DNA of 64,000 nt from NCBI GenBank assembly GCA_963724765.1, contig CAVRVY010000004.1, positions 832,001 to 896,000 of the forward strand. Direction: 5' to 3'. Below the pieces are notes generated by a model that saw nothing but the letters and a program-made list of their open reading frames with translations, did no database searches and had not been told where the DNA came from. The translations under genes and the position numbers were made by a program. Source of the stretch: an uncultured delta proteobacterium (GTDB lineage: Bacteria > Desulfobacterota > Binatia > Binatales > Binataceae). Shown here piece after piece: positions 32,570 through 41,722 of the stretch (its first letter is position 1; every line of letters starts with the position of its first letter).

Positions 32570-33038
32570 CCATCGCGCAAGCAGAACTTCCGGATGGCGA
32601 CGGCTTTGGGCTGGTCGTGGCCAGAGCTATGTCGAGTTGGCCTTCGCGCTTCCAGTACTTGCGATTGTTTTGGTGGTGGCAGCCGATTTCGGACGGCTCT
32701 TCTACACTTATGTCGAGGTGATCAATGCAGCGCGCGCCGCGGCGCAATATGGATCGAATAGCGTCGTTACCGCCGCCAACTCGACCGGGATGATTGCCGC
32801 GGCTAAGCAGGATGGCGTGAATGTGGCCAATTTGACGGTGACCGCCAGCCAGTGTACGTGCGCAACCGCGACCTCATCTGTTCCCGCCTGTTCATCGAAC
32901 TACTGCACCGATGATCCGCAGGGAAACTATGTTGTCGTCAATGCACAGGCTCCGTTTGCCACAATAATGAAATACCCGGGAATTCCCTCCTCCGTCACCC
33001 TCGACAGTCAGGCCGTGATGCAAGTTCAGCAACAATGA
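32562..33038 (+). CDS. tadE: TadE-like pseudopilin
   Basis: RGQSYVELAFALPVL, DFGR, AARAAAQYG. Confidence 0.88.
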   Translation: MNSHRASRTSGWRRLWAGRGQSYVELAFALPVLAIVLVVAADFGRLFYTYVEVINAARAAAQYGSNSVVTAANSTGMIAAAKQDGVNVANLTVTASQCTCATATSSVPACSSNYCTDDPQGNYVVVNAQAPFATIMKYPGIPSSVTLDSQAVMQVQQQ

Positions 33039-33469
33039 GAAGACCTTTCATTGCTGTGGTTGCGAAGCGTACGCCTGGCGCAGGGACGGTGGAATTTGCG
33101 TTAGTGGCTACCGTCTTCCTTTTGCTAACGTTTGCGATAATCCAGATGGCGATAGTGGTGTACTCGTATAACACCATCAGCCAAGCCGCCCGCGAATGCG
33201 TGCGCTACGCCATCGTGCATTCGCCTACTGGCCCCAACCCGGCGACGACCGCTCAGATCGAGAACGTCACGGTTGGTTATGCTGACGTGCCTGCACCAAA
33301 CCAGCTAACGCCGAGCGGGGTTACGGTGACTTGGCCAGCCGATTCGAGTCTTCCCTCGCAGGCCGATGCGCAGTGCAGCATCTCTTTGAAATACAACCTG
33401 CAGATACCTTTTCTGCCATCGATGACGCTGCCGCTTACCGCTAGCGCACGGATGCTGGTTTCTCAGTAA
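33035..33469 (+). CDS. tadE: TadE/TadF-like pseudopilin
   Basis: GAGTVEFALVATVF, QAARECVRYA. Confidence 0.85.
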   Translation: MRRPFIAVVAKRTPGAGTVEFALVATVFLLLTFAIIQMAIVVYSYNTISQAARECVRYAIVHSPTGPNPATTAQIENVTVGYADVPAPNQLTPSGVTVTWPADSSLPSQADAQCSISLKYNLQIPFLPSMTLPLTASARMLVSQ

Positions 33470-33480
33470 CTGAGTAGCTA

Positions 33481-33509
33481 GGGTTCGCCTCGCGCGATGA
33501 GGCGGACCC
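33481..33509. terminator. hairpin between convergent genes
   Basis: GGGTTCGCCTC-N7-GAGGCGGACCC. Confidence 0.5.
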
Positions 33510-33537
33510 GTCCGCCCAACCGCCAAGGCCGTGACGC

Positions 33538-34560
33538 CTAGTGCGGGAACTCGACGATCACCTTGGCCCGGCCGCCCGGCTTGCGCAGCGCCTGGAACAT
33601 CTCGGGCACCTGGTCGACACCGATCACGTCGGTAACCATCGGTCGCGGGTCGACCTTGCCGGTCTCAAGCGCGTCGATCGTCTCCTGGAACTCCGCGTCG
33701 TTGTAGCCGAGCACGAAGTTGACCGTGACCTCCTTGAAAATGCATCGCACCGGCGTGATCTCATCCGGCTCCATGCACACCCCGAGCACCACCACCCGTC
33801 CCAGCGTCGCGACCATGTTGATCGCCGACTCCAGCGTCGACTTCACGCCGATGCACTCGAAGACGAGATCGGGGCCGCGCCCGGTCAACTCGCGCATCCG
33901 CTCGGCCGGATCCTTCTCTGTGGGATCGACGACTTCGGTCGCGCCGAGCCGCCGGGCCAGATCGCCGCGCCCCCGCGCCAGCTCGGATACGATCACCGTT
34001 GTCGCGCCCTTGGCCTTGCACCATATCAGGGTCGAGAGTCCGATCGGCCCGGCGCCCATCACCACGCACGCGGCGCCCGGACCCAGCCCGGAGCGGTTGA
34101 CGCCGTGCAGGCCGACCGAGAGCGGCTCGACCAGTGCGCCCAGTTGCGAGCTTACGTTGTCGGGCAGCTTGAAAAGGCTCTTCGCTCCACACATCACGTA
34201 CTGGGCGTAGGCGCCTGGAAGCTGTCCCAGGCCGAGCCCGCGGATGTTCTCGCAATGCATCCCATGGCCGGCAAGGCACCGCTCGCAGGTGTTGCATCCG
34301 ATATACGGGAGCGAAGTCACGCGGTCGCCGATCGCGTAGCCGGTGACCTGCGGGCCGAGTTCGACGATCTCGCCGCAGAACTCGTGCCCCATCACCGAGT
34401 CGGGCGGCATCCCGAAGCCGAATTGCACGGCGTGCAAATCGGAACCGCAAATTCCGCAGTCATGGACCTTGAGCACGACCTCGCCGGGCCCGGCCGTGGG
34501 CCTGGGCACGTCGACCACGGCCATCTCGTTCTGCCGTTTGTAGACCGCGGCTTTCATCAA
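33538..34560 (-). CDS. zinc-dependent alcohol dehydrogenase (MDR family)
   Basis: CGICGSDLH, GHEFCG, CxxCxxC..C structural zinc, GAGPIG. Confidence 0.92.
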   Translation of the reverse strand: MMKAAVYKRQNEMAVVDVPRPTAGPGEVVLKVHDCGICGSDLHAVQFGFGMPPDSVMGHEFCGEIVELGPQVTGYAIGDRVTSLPYIGCNTCERCLAGHGMHCENIRGLGLGQLPGAYAQYVMCGAKSLFKLPDNVSSQLGALVEPLSVGLHGVNRSGLGPGAACVVMGAGPIGLSTLIWCKAKGATTVIVSELARGRGDLARRLGATEVVDPTEKDPAERMRELTGRGPDLVFECIGVKSTLESAINMVATLGRVVVLGVCMEPDEITPVRCIFKEVTVNFVLGYNDAEFQETIDALETGKVDPRPMVTDVIGVDQVPEMFQALRKPGGRAKVIVEFPH

Positions 34561-34597
34561 AGTTTCTCCCGCGGGATTTTATAAATTCGCGGTGCCG

Positions 34598-34981
34598 CTA
34601 TTTGCGCTCGATCAGCTCGATCTTGTAGCCGTTGGGATCCTCGACAAACGCAATCACCGCGCCGCCGAATTTCATCGGACCGGCCTCGCGCGTGACCTTC
34701 ACGCCCTTGTGCTTGAGTTCCTCGCAGGTCTTGTGGACGTCGTCGACGCCGACCGCGAGATGGCCGAATGCGGTACCCAGGTCGTAGCTCTTGGTCTCCC
34801 AGTTATGGGTGAGCTCGACGACCGTCTCGTCCTCCTCGTCGCCATAGCCGACGAAGGCCAGGGTGAATTTTCCGTCGGGATAATCCTTGCGCCTCAGCAA
34901 TTTCATTCCCAGCGCGCCGCAGTAGAACTTCAGCGTCTCGTCGAGATCGTTGACCCGGATCATCGTGTGCAAAAGCCGCAT
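34598..34981 (-). CDS. gloA: lactoylglutathione lyase (glyoxalase I)
   Basis: MRLLHTMIRV, ELTHNW, FGHLA, FVEDPNGYKIELIE. Confidence 0.95.
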   Translation of the reverse strand: MRLLHTMIRVNDLDETLKFYCGALGMKLLRRKDYPDGKFTLAFVGYGDEEDETVVELTHNWETKSYDLGTAFGHLAVGVDDVHKTCEELKHKGVKVTREAGPMKFGGAVIAFVEDPNGYKIELIERK

Positions 34982-35145
34982 CGTGGTTCTCCCTTGTTGG
35001 CACGCCCACTGCCGAGCGCCGCAAACGCGAGTGGTTCACTTTTTCATGGCCGTATTGGCTCTTTTTCCGCGATTGGGCGCGGGATGTCAATCGTGCCCTT
35101 GTGCGCCTACCTTCTTCGCAGCGCGACGGGCTCCGCAGGTTTTTT

Positions 35146-35211
35146 GCAGGGACGTTTCGGGAACCGCCCTTCTGATTCAGATCTGACGGGCCGTTCTCTA
35201 ACGGCCCCTAC
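35146..35211. repeat. inverted REP doublet (REPIN-like)
   Basis: Minus strand GTAG-GGGCCGTT-AGAG-AACGGCCC facing a degenerate plus-strand GCAG-GGACGTTT-CGGG-AACCGCCC. Confidence 0.55.
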
Positions 35212-35335
35212 AAAACCCGATTGGGGGCGCGCTGTCTTGCCGCGCTGCCGCCCCGGCGAGGCTTTGAAAACCGGATGTGATATGCATTTTTGGAAGCTGC
35301 GGGCTCGCAGAGTAAGGAGGCACGCAAGGAGGCAA

Positions 35336-36517
35336 ATGGACTTCAACTACAGTCCCGAGGACGAGGCGTTTCGGGCCGAGTTCCGCGCCTGGCTTGAAAA
35401 AAACCGCCAGTACGCCACACCCGCGCGCGAGCCGCTGACCGACGAATCCGACGACGAGTGGGAGGCGCGCCTGCGATGGCATCGCAAGCTCAACGAGGGC
35501 GGATGGATCGGACTTAGCTGGCCCAGGGAGTACGGTGGCCGCGGCGCATCCCTGCTCCAGAGCATCATCTATGAGCAGGAGCTCGAGCGCGCCGGCACCG
35601 CCGTGCCGTTCGTCGGCTTCGGCATTTCGCTGCTCGGTCCCACGCTTATCCACTGGGGCACCGACGAACAGAAACGCCGCCATCTGCCCAGGATTTTCAC
35701 CGCCGAGGAAATCTGGTGTCAGGGCTACTCGGAACCCAACTCGGGCTCCGACCTGGCCTCGGTGCAGACCCGCGCGGTCGAAGAGGGCGATTACTTCGTC
35801 GTCAACGGATCGAAAATCTGGACCTCCTCTGCGCATCACGCCGACTGGATATTTCTGCTCACGCGCACCGATACCGAGGCGCCCAAACACAAGGGCATCA
35901 GTTACCTGCTGGTCGATATGAAAACGCCCGGAGTTACCGTGCGGCCGCTGGTCCAGATGACCGGCGCGCGCGGCTTCAACCAGGTCTTCTTCGAAGACGT
36001 CCGCGTGCCCAAGGCTAACATCGTCGGGCACAAGAACCAGGGATGGCAGGTCGCGATCACCACGCTGATGTTCGAACGCTCGGGCGGCCATGACCGGGGG
36101 CTGATGCGCCAAGTGCGCGAGCTGACGACACTCGCGAAGCGGCTGCCGCGCAATGGGCGCAACGCCTGGGACGACACCAGCGTGCGACAGCGGATCGCGC
36201 AGTTCGCGATGGAGGTCGAGGCGATCAAGTACACGGGCTTTCGCAACCTCACGCGCCAGCTCAAGGGACTGCCGCCGGGGCCGGAGGGCTCGATGATGAA
36301 GCTGTGCGCCACCGAGCTGGGCTTGAAGATCGCGATGTTCGCGATGGAATTGCTGGGGCCGTATAGCCAGTTCGAGTACGGTGCGGCCTTCGCCATGGAT
36401 CACGGCACCTGGTCGCAGCGGATGCTGGCGGCGCGTGGCCCGACGATCTACGCCGGGACCAACCAGATCCAGCACAACATCATCGGCGAGCGCGTGCTGG
36501 GCCTGCCCAAGGGATAG
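35336..36517 (+). CDS. acyl-CoA dehydrogenase
   Basis: Start re-called at MDFNYS; WCQGYSEPNSGSDLAS, FNQVFFEDV, TTLMFER, IIGERVLGLPK. Confidence 0.93.
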   Translation: MDFNYSPEDEAFRAEFRAWLEKNRQYATPAREPLTDESDDEWEARLRWHRKLNEGGWIGLSWPREYGGRGASLLQSIIYEQELERAGTAVPFVGFGISLLGPTLIHWGTDEQKRRHLPRIFTAEEIWCQGYSEPNSGSDLASVQTRAVEEGDYFVVNGSKIWTSSAHHADWIFLLTRTDTEAPKHKGISYLLVDMKTPGVTVRPLVQMTGARGFNQVFFEDVRVPKANIVGHKNQGWQVAITTLMFERSGGHDRGLMRQVRELTTLAKRLPRNGRNAWDDTSVRQRIAQFAMEVEAIKYTGFRNLTRQLKGLPPGPEGSMMKLCATELGLKIAMFAMELLGPYSQFEYGAAFAMDHGTWSQRMLAARGPTIYAGTNQIQHNIIGERVLGLPKG

Positions 36518-36559
36518 TACGACACGGCTCAGCGCCCTGCACTCCGTCAGAATCCAGAA

Positions 36560-37879
36560 CTAGCGGCCCCGCGGTGCGGCCGGGCCTGCGCTCGCCGCCA
36601 CATGCTGCTGTAGCGCGCGAACGCTGATACCGAGTTTGCGCGCGGCCGCCGTCCGGTCGCCGCCGCATACCACCAGCGCCTGCATCACCATCTCGCGCCG
36701 CATCCGGAACGGACTCGACTTCCAGATCGAGGGAGCGATAAGAGGTCCGACGAGTTCGGGGCGGAGGTCGTCGGCTTCGATAAGCTGGCTCGCGCCGTCG
36801 TGCTGCAGGATCGCGAACCGCGTAACCAGATTGTGCAGCTCGCGCACGTTGCCCGGAAATGGATAGTTGCCCAGCGCCCTGAGCGCTCCAGGCGTGAAGC
36901 TCAGTTGGGACGCCGCGACGCGCAGGAAGCCGGCTGCGAGCAGCCCGATGTCGTCGCGGCGCTCGCGCAACGGTGGCACTCCCAGGGTCAGAACGGCGAG
37001 CCGGTCGTAGAGCTCGCGCCTGAACCGGCCCTTCAAGACCATCGGCCCCAAAGGCCGGTTGGTCGCCGATACCAGGCGGGCGCCGGGCCGGATTTTTCCA
37101 ACCTCGGAATCGCTCGCCACGGAATCACCGGCTCTCAAGATCGCGCGCAGCACTCGGCTCTGCGAGGCGGGTGAAAGTTCCGAAACCTGGTCGAGGAACA
37201 GCGTGGTGCCAGAGGCCGCGCACAGCTCGTCGAGCCGGTTTTCGCCGCCCGCCGCGCCGCGCACGGCATCGCCGGACGCATCCTTTTCAGGGCCGCGATC
37301 AACCCTGCGCGGTCCCAGGGCAGGATCGTTGAGTGCAGCGCAGTTGACCGAAGACATTCCGCCAGCGCGTCCGCTGGCGGCGTGAATCAGACGCACCAGC
37401 AATTCCTTGCCAGTGCCTGTCTCGCCGGTCACCAGGATCGGCGAATCCACCTGCCCTGCGCGTGTAGCGGCGCGAATGACCGCGAACATCGCGGCGTCGG
37501 CGGTCAACAGCGGCGGAGAAAGTCCGAAAGCTTGCGAGACGATATAACTCGCCGCGGCCCACACGCCGCCGGGTCCTTCGAATTCGATTGCGTCAATCCT
37601 ATCAGCGCGCCCGTCGGCGCGTTCGATCCGCAACCGCGCCGTGGAACCGCCAGCTCGACCGTCTGCCGCAAACGATTCGAACGCTTCGACCGATTCGACG
37701 CGTATCGTGGCGCGCTCGCGATCGTTTGGCGCAAGCAATTCGATTCCCAATCCCGAGAGCAACGGTTCCATCGATCGCGGCAATGCCGGCGCCAGCCAGA
37801 CCCTTTCGCAGCTCGTATGCGCGCTGCCCGTCTTCTGAATTTCAGTCTTCGCGATTTCAGTCTCCATGTGATCTTTCAT
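36560..37879 (-). CDS. degenerate sigma54 enhancer-binding protein (AAA+ and Fis HTH)
   Basis: Walker A GETGTGKE, VNCAAL, ATNR, FPGNVREL, HTH present; GAFTGA absent; Walker B reads LFLDQV. Confidence 0.85.
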   Translation of the reverse strand: MKDHMETEIAKTEIQKTGSAHTSCERVWLAPALPRSMEPLLSGLGIELLAPNDRERATIRVESVEAFESFAADGRAGGSTARLRIERADGRADRIDAIEFEGPGGVWAAASYIVSQAFGLSPPLLTADAAMFAVIRAATRAGQVDSPILVTGETGTGKELLVRLIHAASGRAGGMSSVNCAALNDPALGPRRVDRGPEKDASGDAVRGAAGGENRLDELCAASGTTLFLDQVSELSPASQSRVLRAILRAGDSVASDSEVGKIRPGARLVSATNRPLGPMVLKGRFRRELYDRLAVLTLGVPPLRERRDDIGLLAAGFLRVAASQLSFTPGALRALGNYPFPGNVRELHNLVTRFAILQHDGASQLIEADDLRPELVGPLIAPSIWKSSPFRMRREMVMQALVVCGGDRTAAARKLGISVRALQQHVAASAGPAAPRGR

Positions 37880-38101
37880 CCGACCCTCGCAAAATCCTGC
37901 CCGCACCGATCACCCTTGCCCGCCTCACTCGCTCACCGATCTGCGACCTCTACCGCCGCTCCCGCCGGTCAGCTAGCTCACCGATCTTCGACCTTGCCGA
38001 CGGTACCCCTCATCCTGCTCATCCGCCTGCGACCCTCGCCCACCGCGCACTCCGCTGCCGGCGCCGTTTACATCCGCCGCGTGTTCTCTGAGAACGGTAG
38101 G

Positions 38102-38117
38102 TGCAAGGCGGATACCA
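38102..38117 (-). promoter_or_regulatory. sigma54 promoter upstream of the degenerate bEBP
   Basis: Minus strand (T)TGGTAT-CCGCC-TTGCA, GG-N10-GC. Confidence 0.65.
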
Positions 38118-38454
38118 AACCGGCGAAAGAGCCAAAACTCAAACAAGCGGAGCAGAACTCGCCATTGCCATCAGACGACGAAAAGTTGGCGACGAAAATC
38201 CGCTCTATGCGTCGGATGAGCGTGTAAACAATGGCGAAAGGCGGAGCGCCGATGGACCGCCCCGGAGACACACTTGATCCGCGCGTGATACGTCCGTCAG
38301 GTAGCGCACGGGTGTGAGACGTTTTCGCGTGACCAACTCGCTGGCTTTTTTGCGTCCCGATGTTCTACACCCTTGGTTGAGTTGATGAGGTAAAATTATC
38401 GGCGCGCAAAAAAGTCGCGGAAAATCGAACGACGCGCACCGCGGAGCGATAACG

Positions 38455-40212
38455 ATGGCGAACGCGCATCAAAGTGAACTGGCCTTCAAAGTCGTGGTCG
38501 AAAAGGATCAGCCGATGCGCACGCGCGATGGCGTGTGCCTGCGTGCCGACGTGTATCGTCCCGACGCGCCGGGACGGTTCCCGGTGCTGCTGGTGCGCAC
38601 GCCATATGACAAGGGCGCCGGGATGGCGCTGACTGAGAAGGACTACTTTCCCCCACGCGGATACGTCGTGGTGGTGCAGGACACGCGCGGACGCCATAGC
38701 TCGGAGGGCGACTTCTATCCCTTCATCCACGAGGCGCGCGACGGTTACGACGCCGTGGAGTGGGCGGCGGCGTTGCCCTGCTCGGACGGCCAGGTCGGGA
38801 TGGTTGGGCAGTCGTACCTCGGACTGGTGCAGTATTACGCCGCCAGTCTGCGACCGCCGCATCTGCGCATCGCCGCGCCTGTTTCAGGACCGGTCAGCTA
38901 TTTCGAGAATTTCGCGTACCGGCGCGGCGCGCTGGAACTGGGATGGATGCTGTCCTACTTCATGTTCATGGCGCGCGACACGCTGGCGCGCAAGGGGATT
39001 TACGACCAGCATCGCGAGCGGCTGGACAGCTATGTCTCGCGTCCGGACATCCCGATGGCTCCGCTCAAGCGCGACGCCTACCAACATTTGCCGGTTGGCG
39101 ATTGGGGCGAGCGGCTGAAAGATGGCGCGCCGTATTTTGCTGACTATCTACGCCATTGGACTGACTGTCCGTATTGGGCGGCGACCGATTTGCGCTCACG
39201 CTTCGGCGAATTCGACACGCCGATGTTTCACGTCGGCTCGTGGTACGACGTGTTCCAATACGACACGCTCGCGATGTACCTCGGGATGCATGACGGCGCG
39301 CGCAGCGCGCCGGCGCGGCGCGCGCAGAAGTTGCTGATGGGTCCGTGGGCGCATCTGCTGCCCTACTCGATCCCGACTTCGCGCGGTACCGGGGATATCG
39401 ACTTCGGCCCCGAGGCCTCAATCGAGCTGCACGCCCTGCAACTGCGATGGTTCGATCACTTTCTCAAGGGGATCGGCAACGGCGTGCTCGAGGAGCCGCC
39501 GGTGCGGCTGTTCGTGATGGGCGAGAACCGATGGCGCGACGAGAACGAATGGCCGCTCGCGCGTACGCGATACACCGAGATGTTCCTGCATAGCGGCGGG
39601 CACGCCAACAGCCTAAACGGCGACGGGCGGCTCGGTCCTGCGAGGCCGGGCGAGGAGCCGGCCGATCGTTACGTCTATGACCCCAATGATCCGGTGCCGA
39701 CGCGCGGCGGCACGACGCTGGGGTTGAAGGCCGGGGTCTTCGATCAGCGCGAGGTCGAGCAGCGGGGCGATGTCCTGGTCTATACCGGCGAAACGCTGGC
39801 GGACGACCTGGAAGTCACGGGGCCGGTGACGATGATTCTGTACGCGGCCTCGTCAGCGCCGGATACTGACTTCACGGCGAAGCTGTGCGACGTGCGGCCG
39901 GATGGCTATGCGCAGAATATCGTGGAGGGCGTGGTGCGCGCGCGTTTTCGCGAGTCGCTCGCAGTGCCGTCGCCGATCGTACCGGAAAGGGTCTACGAAT
40001 ACCGGCTCGACCTGTGGGCGACCAGCCATCTGTTCAAGGCCGGGCATCGCCTGCGACTGGAGGTTTCGTCGAGCAATTTTCCACGCTACGACCGCAACCC
40101 CAACACTGGCAAGGATCTGTTCGCCCACGCCGAGCTTGCACGGGCGCATCAGAGCGTCTTCCACGACAGCCGCTACTCCTCTCGCGTGGTGCTGCCGATG
40201 ATTCCGCGTTAG
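38455..40212 (+). CDS. CocE/NonD family hydrolase
   Basis: RTPYDK, QDTRGR, GQSYLG, GSWYD, GPWAH, SSNFPRYDRN. Confidence 0.93.
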   Translation: MANAHQSELAFKVVVEKDQPMRTRDGVCLRADVYRPDAPGRFPVLLVRTPYDKGAGMALTEKDYFPPRGYVVVVQDTRGRHSSEGDFYPFIHEARDGYDAVEWAAALPCSDGQVGMVGQSYLGLVQYYAASLRPPHLRIAAPVSGPVSYFENFAYRRGALELGWMLSYFMFMARDTLARKGIYDQHRERLDSYVSRPDIPMAPLKRDAYQHLPVGDWGERLKDGAPYFADYLRHWTDCPYWAATDLRSRFGEFDTPMFHVGSWYDVFQYDTLAMYLGMHDGARSAPARRAQKLLMGPWAHLLPYSIPTSRGTGDIDFGPEASIELHALQLRWFDHFLKGIGNGVLEEPPVRLFVMGENRWRDENEWPLARTRYTEMFLHSGGHANSLNGDGRLGPARPGEEPADRYVYDPNDPVPTRGGTTLGLKAGVFDQREVEQRGDVLVYTGETLADDLEVTGPVTMILYAASSAPDTDFTAKLCDVRPDGYAQNIVEGVVRARFRESLAVPSPIVPERVYEYRLDLWATSHLFKAGHRLRLEVSSSNFPRYDRNPNTGKDLFAHAELARAHQSVFHDSRYSSRVVLPMIPR

Positions 40213-40468
40213 GCTCTAGCGTGCGAATGGCCGAGCGCTTCCGGCCTCCTTTCCCTCGTCTTGAGAGGGGAAAATGGCGATTTTCCTCGCGCTCGACAAC
40301 CCTGATAGTATCCACCCAATCAAGCTCGCGGTTACCGAAACGATCAGGCGACGGCGGATTCGCGTCGCGCCGGGAGCATTGAAACTCAGCGCCGCGAGGC
40401 CAGGACTTCGAGAGTCAACACTGAGAAGCCAAGACTGAAAAGCCAAGGACTGAGAGGACAGACTCAAT

Positions 40469-41722
40469 TTGGCCGCACACAGCTTGCCAGGCAGCTTGCC
40501 CTCGCCTGTCCATCATAAGCCCCGTTTCCTCATCGCCGATCGAATCGCCAATCGCGCATCTCGGTCCGCCAGCGTCATACGGATCGCGCGGATCGGAGCC
40601 GCCATCACGCTCGCCGCCGCGCTCGGCGCGGGATGCTCGAAGTCCGGGCCCGTCGCCACCGGCGGCTTCATGAACGGACCCGTCCCGGTGCTGATTGCCC
40701 AGGCCGTACAGAAGACGGTCCCGATTCAGCTCCATGCCATCGGCACGGTCGAGGCCTACTCGACCGTCTCGGTGAGGTCGCAGATCGATGGCAAAATCGC
40801 CGAGGTTCATTTCCACGAAGGCCAGGACGTAAGAAAGGGCGACCCGCTGGTCACGATCGATCCGCGCCCGCTCGAGGCGTCCCTGCATCAGGCCCAGGCC
40901 AATCTCGCCCGCGACCGCGCGCAGCTTGCGCAGGCAACCAACGACGATAAGCGCTACGGCTACCTGTTGGAGCAGCACGTGGGTTCGCGCGAGCAATACG
41001 ACCAGGCCCATGCCACCGCACAGGCGCTGCGCGCGACCGTGATGGCTGACCAGGCGGCCGAGCAGACGGCGCAGCTCAACCTCGAGTACACCGAGATCCG
41101 TTCGCCGATCGACGGCCGCACCGGCAACCTGATGCTGCATCCGGGCAACCTGGTCAAGGCCAACGATTCCGCCAGCGCGATCGTCGTGATCAACCAGCTC
41201 CAGCCGATCTACGTCGATTTCAACGTGCCCGAGAAGGACCTCGACGAGGTCCGCCGCGACATGAGCGGCCATCAGCTCGCCGTGCTGGTGCGGCCTCGCA
41301 GCCGGGAACTCCAGGCGGCTTCGGAGAGCGGCACGCTCAGCTTCATCGACAACGCCGTCAACGCCAACACCGGCACCTTCGAGCTCAAGGGGATATTCGC
41401 CAATCAAACGCAACGGCTGTGGCCGGGCCAGTTCGTCGACGTCACTTTGACTCTCAGCGAACTCCCGGACACAATTCTGGTGCCGTCGCAAGCAGTGCAA
41501 ACGGGACAGGACGGATCCTTCGTGTTCGTAGTCGAACGGGATATGTCGGCCAAGACACGTCCGGTGGTAGTGGGCGACTCGCTCGAGGGTCAAACGGTGA
41601 TCAAGCGCGGACTCAAAGCCGGTGAAACGGTGGTCACCGACGGCCAATTGCGCCTGTTCCCAGGCGCCAAGGTGAAAATCAAGAGCGGACTGGATCAGCC
41701 GGCGCAGCAGGTGCCCTCGTGA
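40469..41722 (+). CDS. RND efflux periplasmic adaptor (MdtA-like); start uncertain
   Basis: Lipobox LGAGC, IGTVEAYSTV, IRSPIDGRTG, LWPGQFV, VVTDGQ. Confidence 0.9.
   Translation: MAAHSLPGSLPSPVHHKPRFLIADRIANRASRSASVIRIARIGAAITLAAALGAGCSKSGPVATGGFMNGPVPVLIAQAVQKTVPIQLHAIGTVEAYSTVSVRSQIDGKIAEVHFHEGQDVRKGDPLVTIDPRPLEASLHQAQANLARDRAQLAQATNDDKRYGYLLEQHVGSREQYDQAHATAQALRATVMADQAAEQTAQLNLEYTEIRSPIDGRTGNLMLHPGNLVKANDSASAIVVINQLQPIYVDFNVPEKDLDEVRRDMSGHQLAVLVRPRSRELQAASESGTLSFIDNAVNANTGTFELKGIFANQTQRLWPGQFVDVTLTLSELPDTILVPSQAVQTGQDGSFVFVVERDMSAKTRPVVVGDSLEGQTVIKRGLKAGETVVTDGQLRLFPGAKVKIKSGLDQPAQQVPS

Noticed and set aside
33541-34584. Long antisense ORFs (also 43750-45276, 47287-48546, 53706-55127)
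   Set aside because: Typical high-GC shadow frames opposite well-supported genes, with no recognisable motifs
34998-35013. TGGCACG-CCCA-CTGCC sigma54-like motif on the plus strand
   Set aside because: Spacing is correct but the -12 element is weak and it lies over 300 nt from the next plus-strand gene; too uncertain
34592-35335. 5' extension of the 641-aa ORF
   Set aside because: It is antisense to gloA and runs through intergenic DNA; the real acyl-CoA dehydrogenase starts at 35336 after a GGAGG RBS
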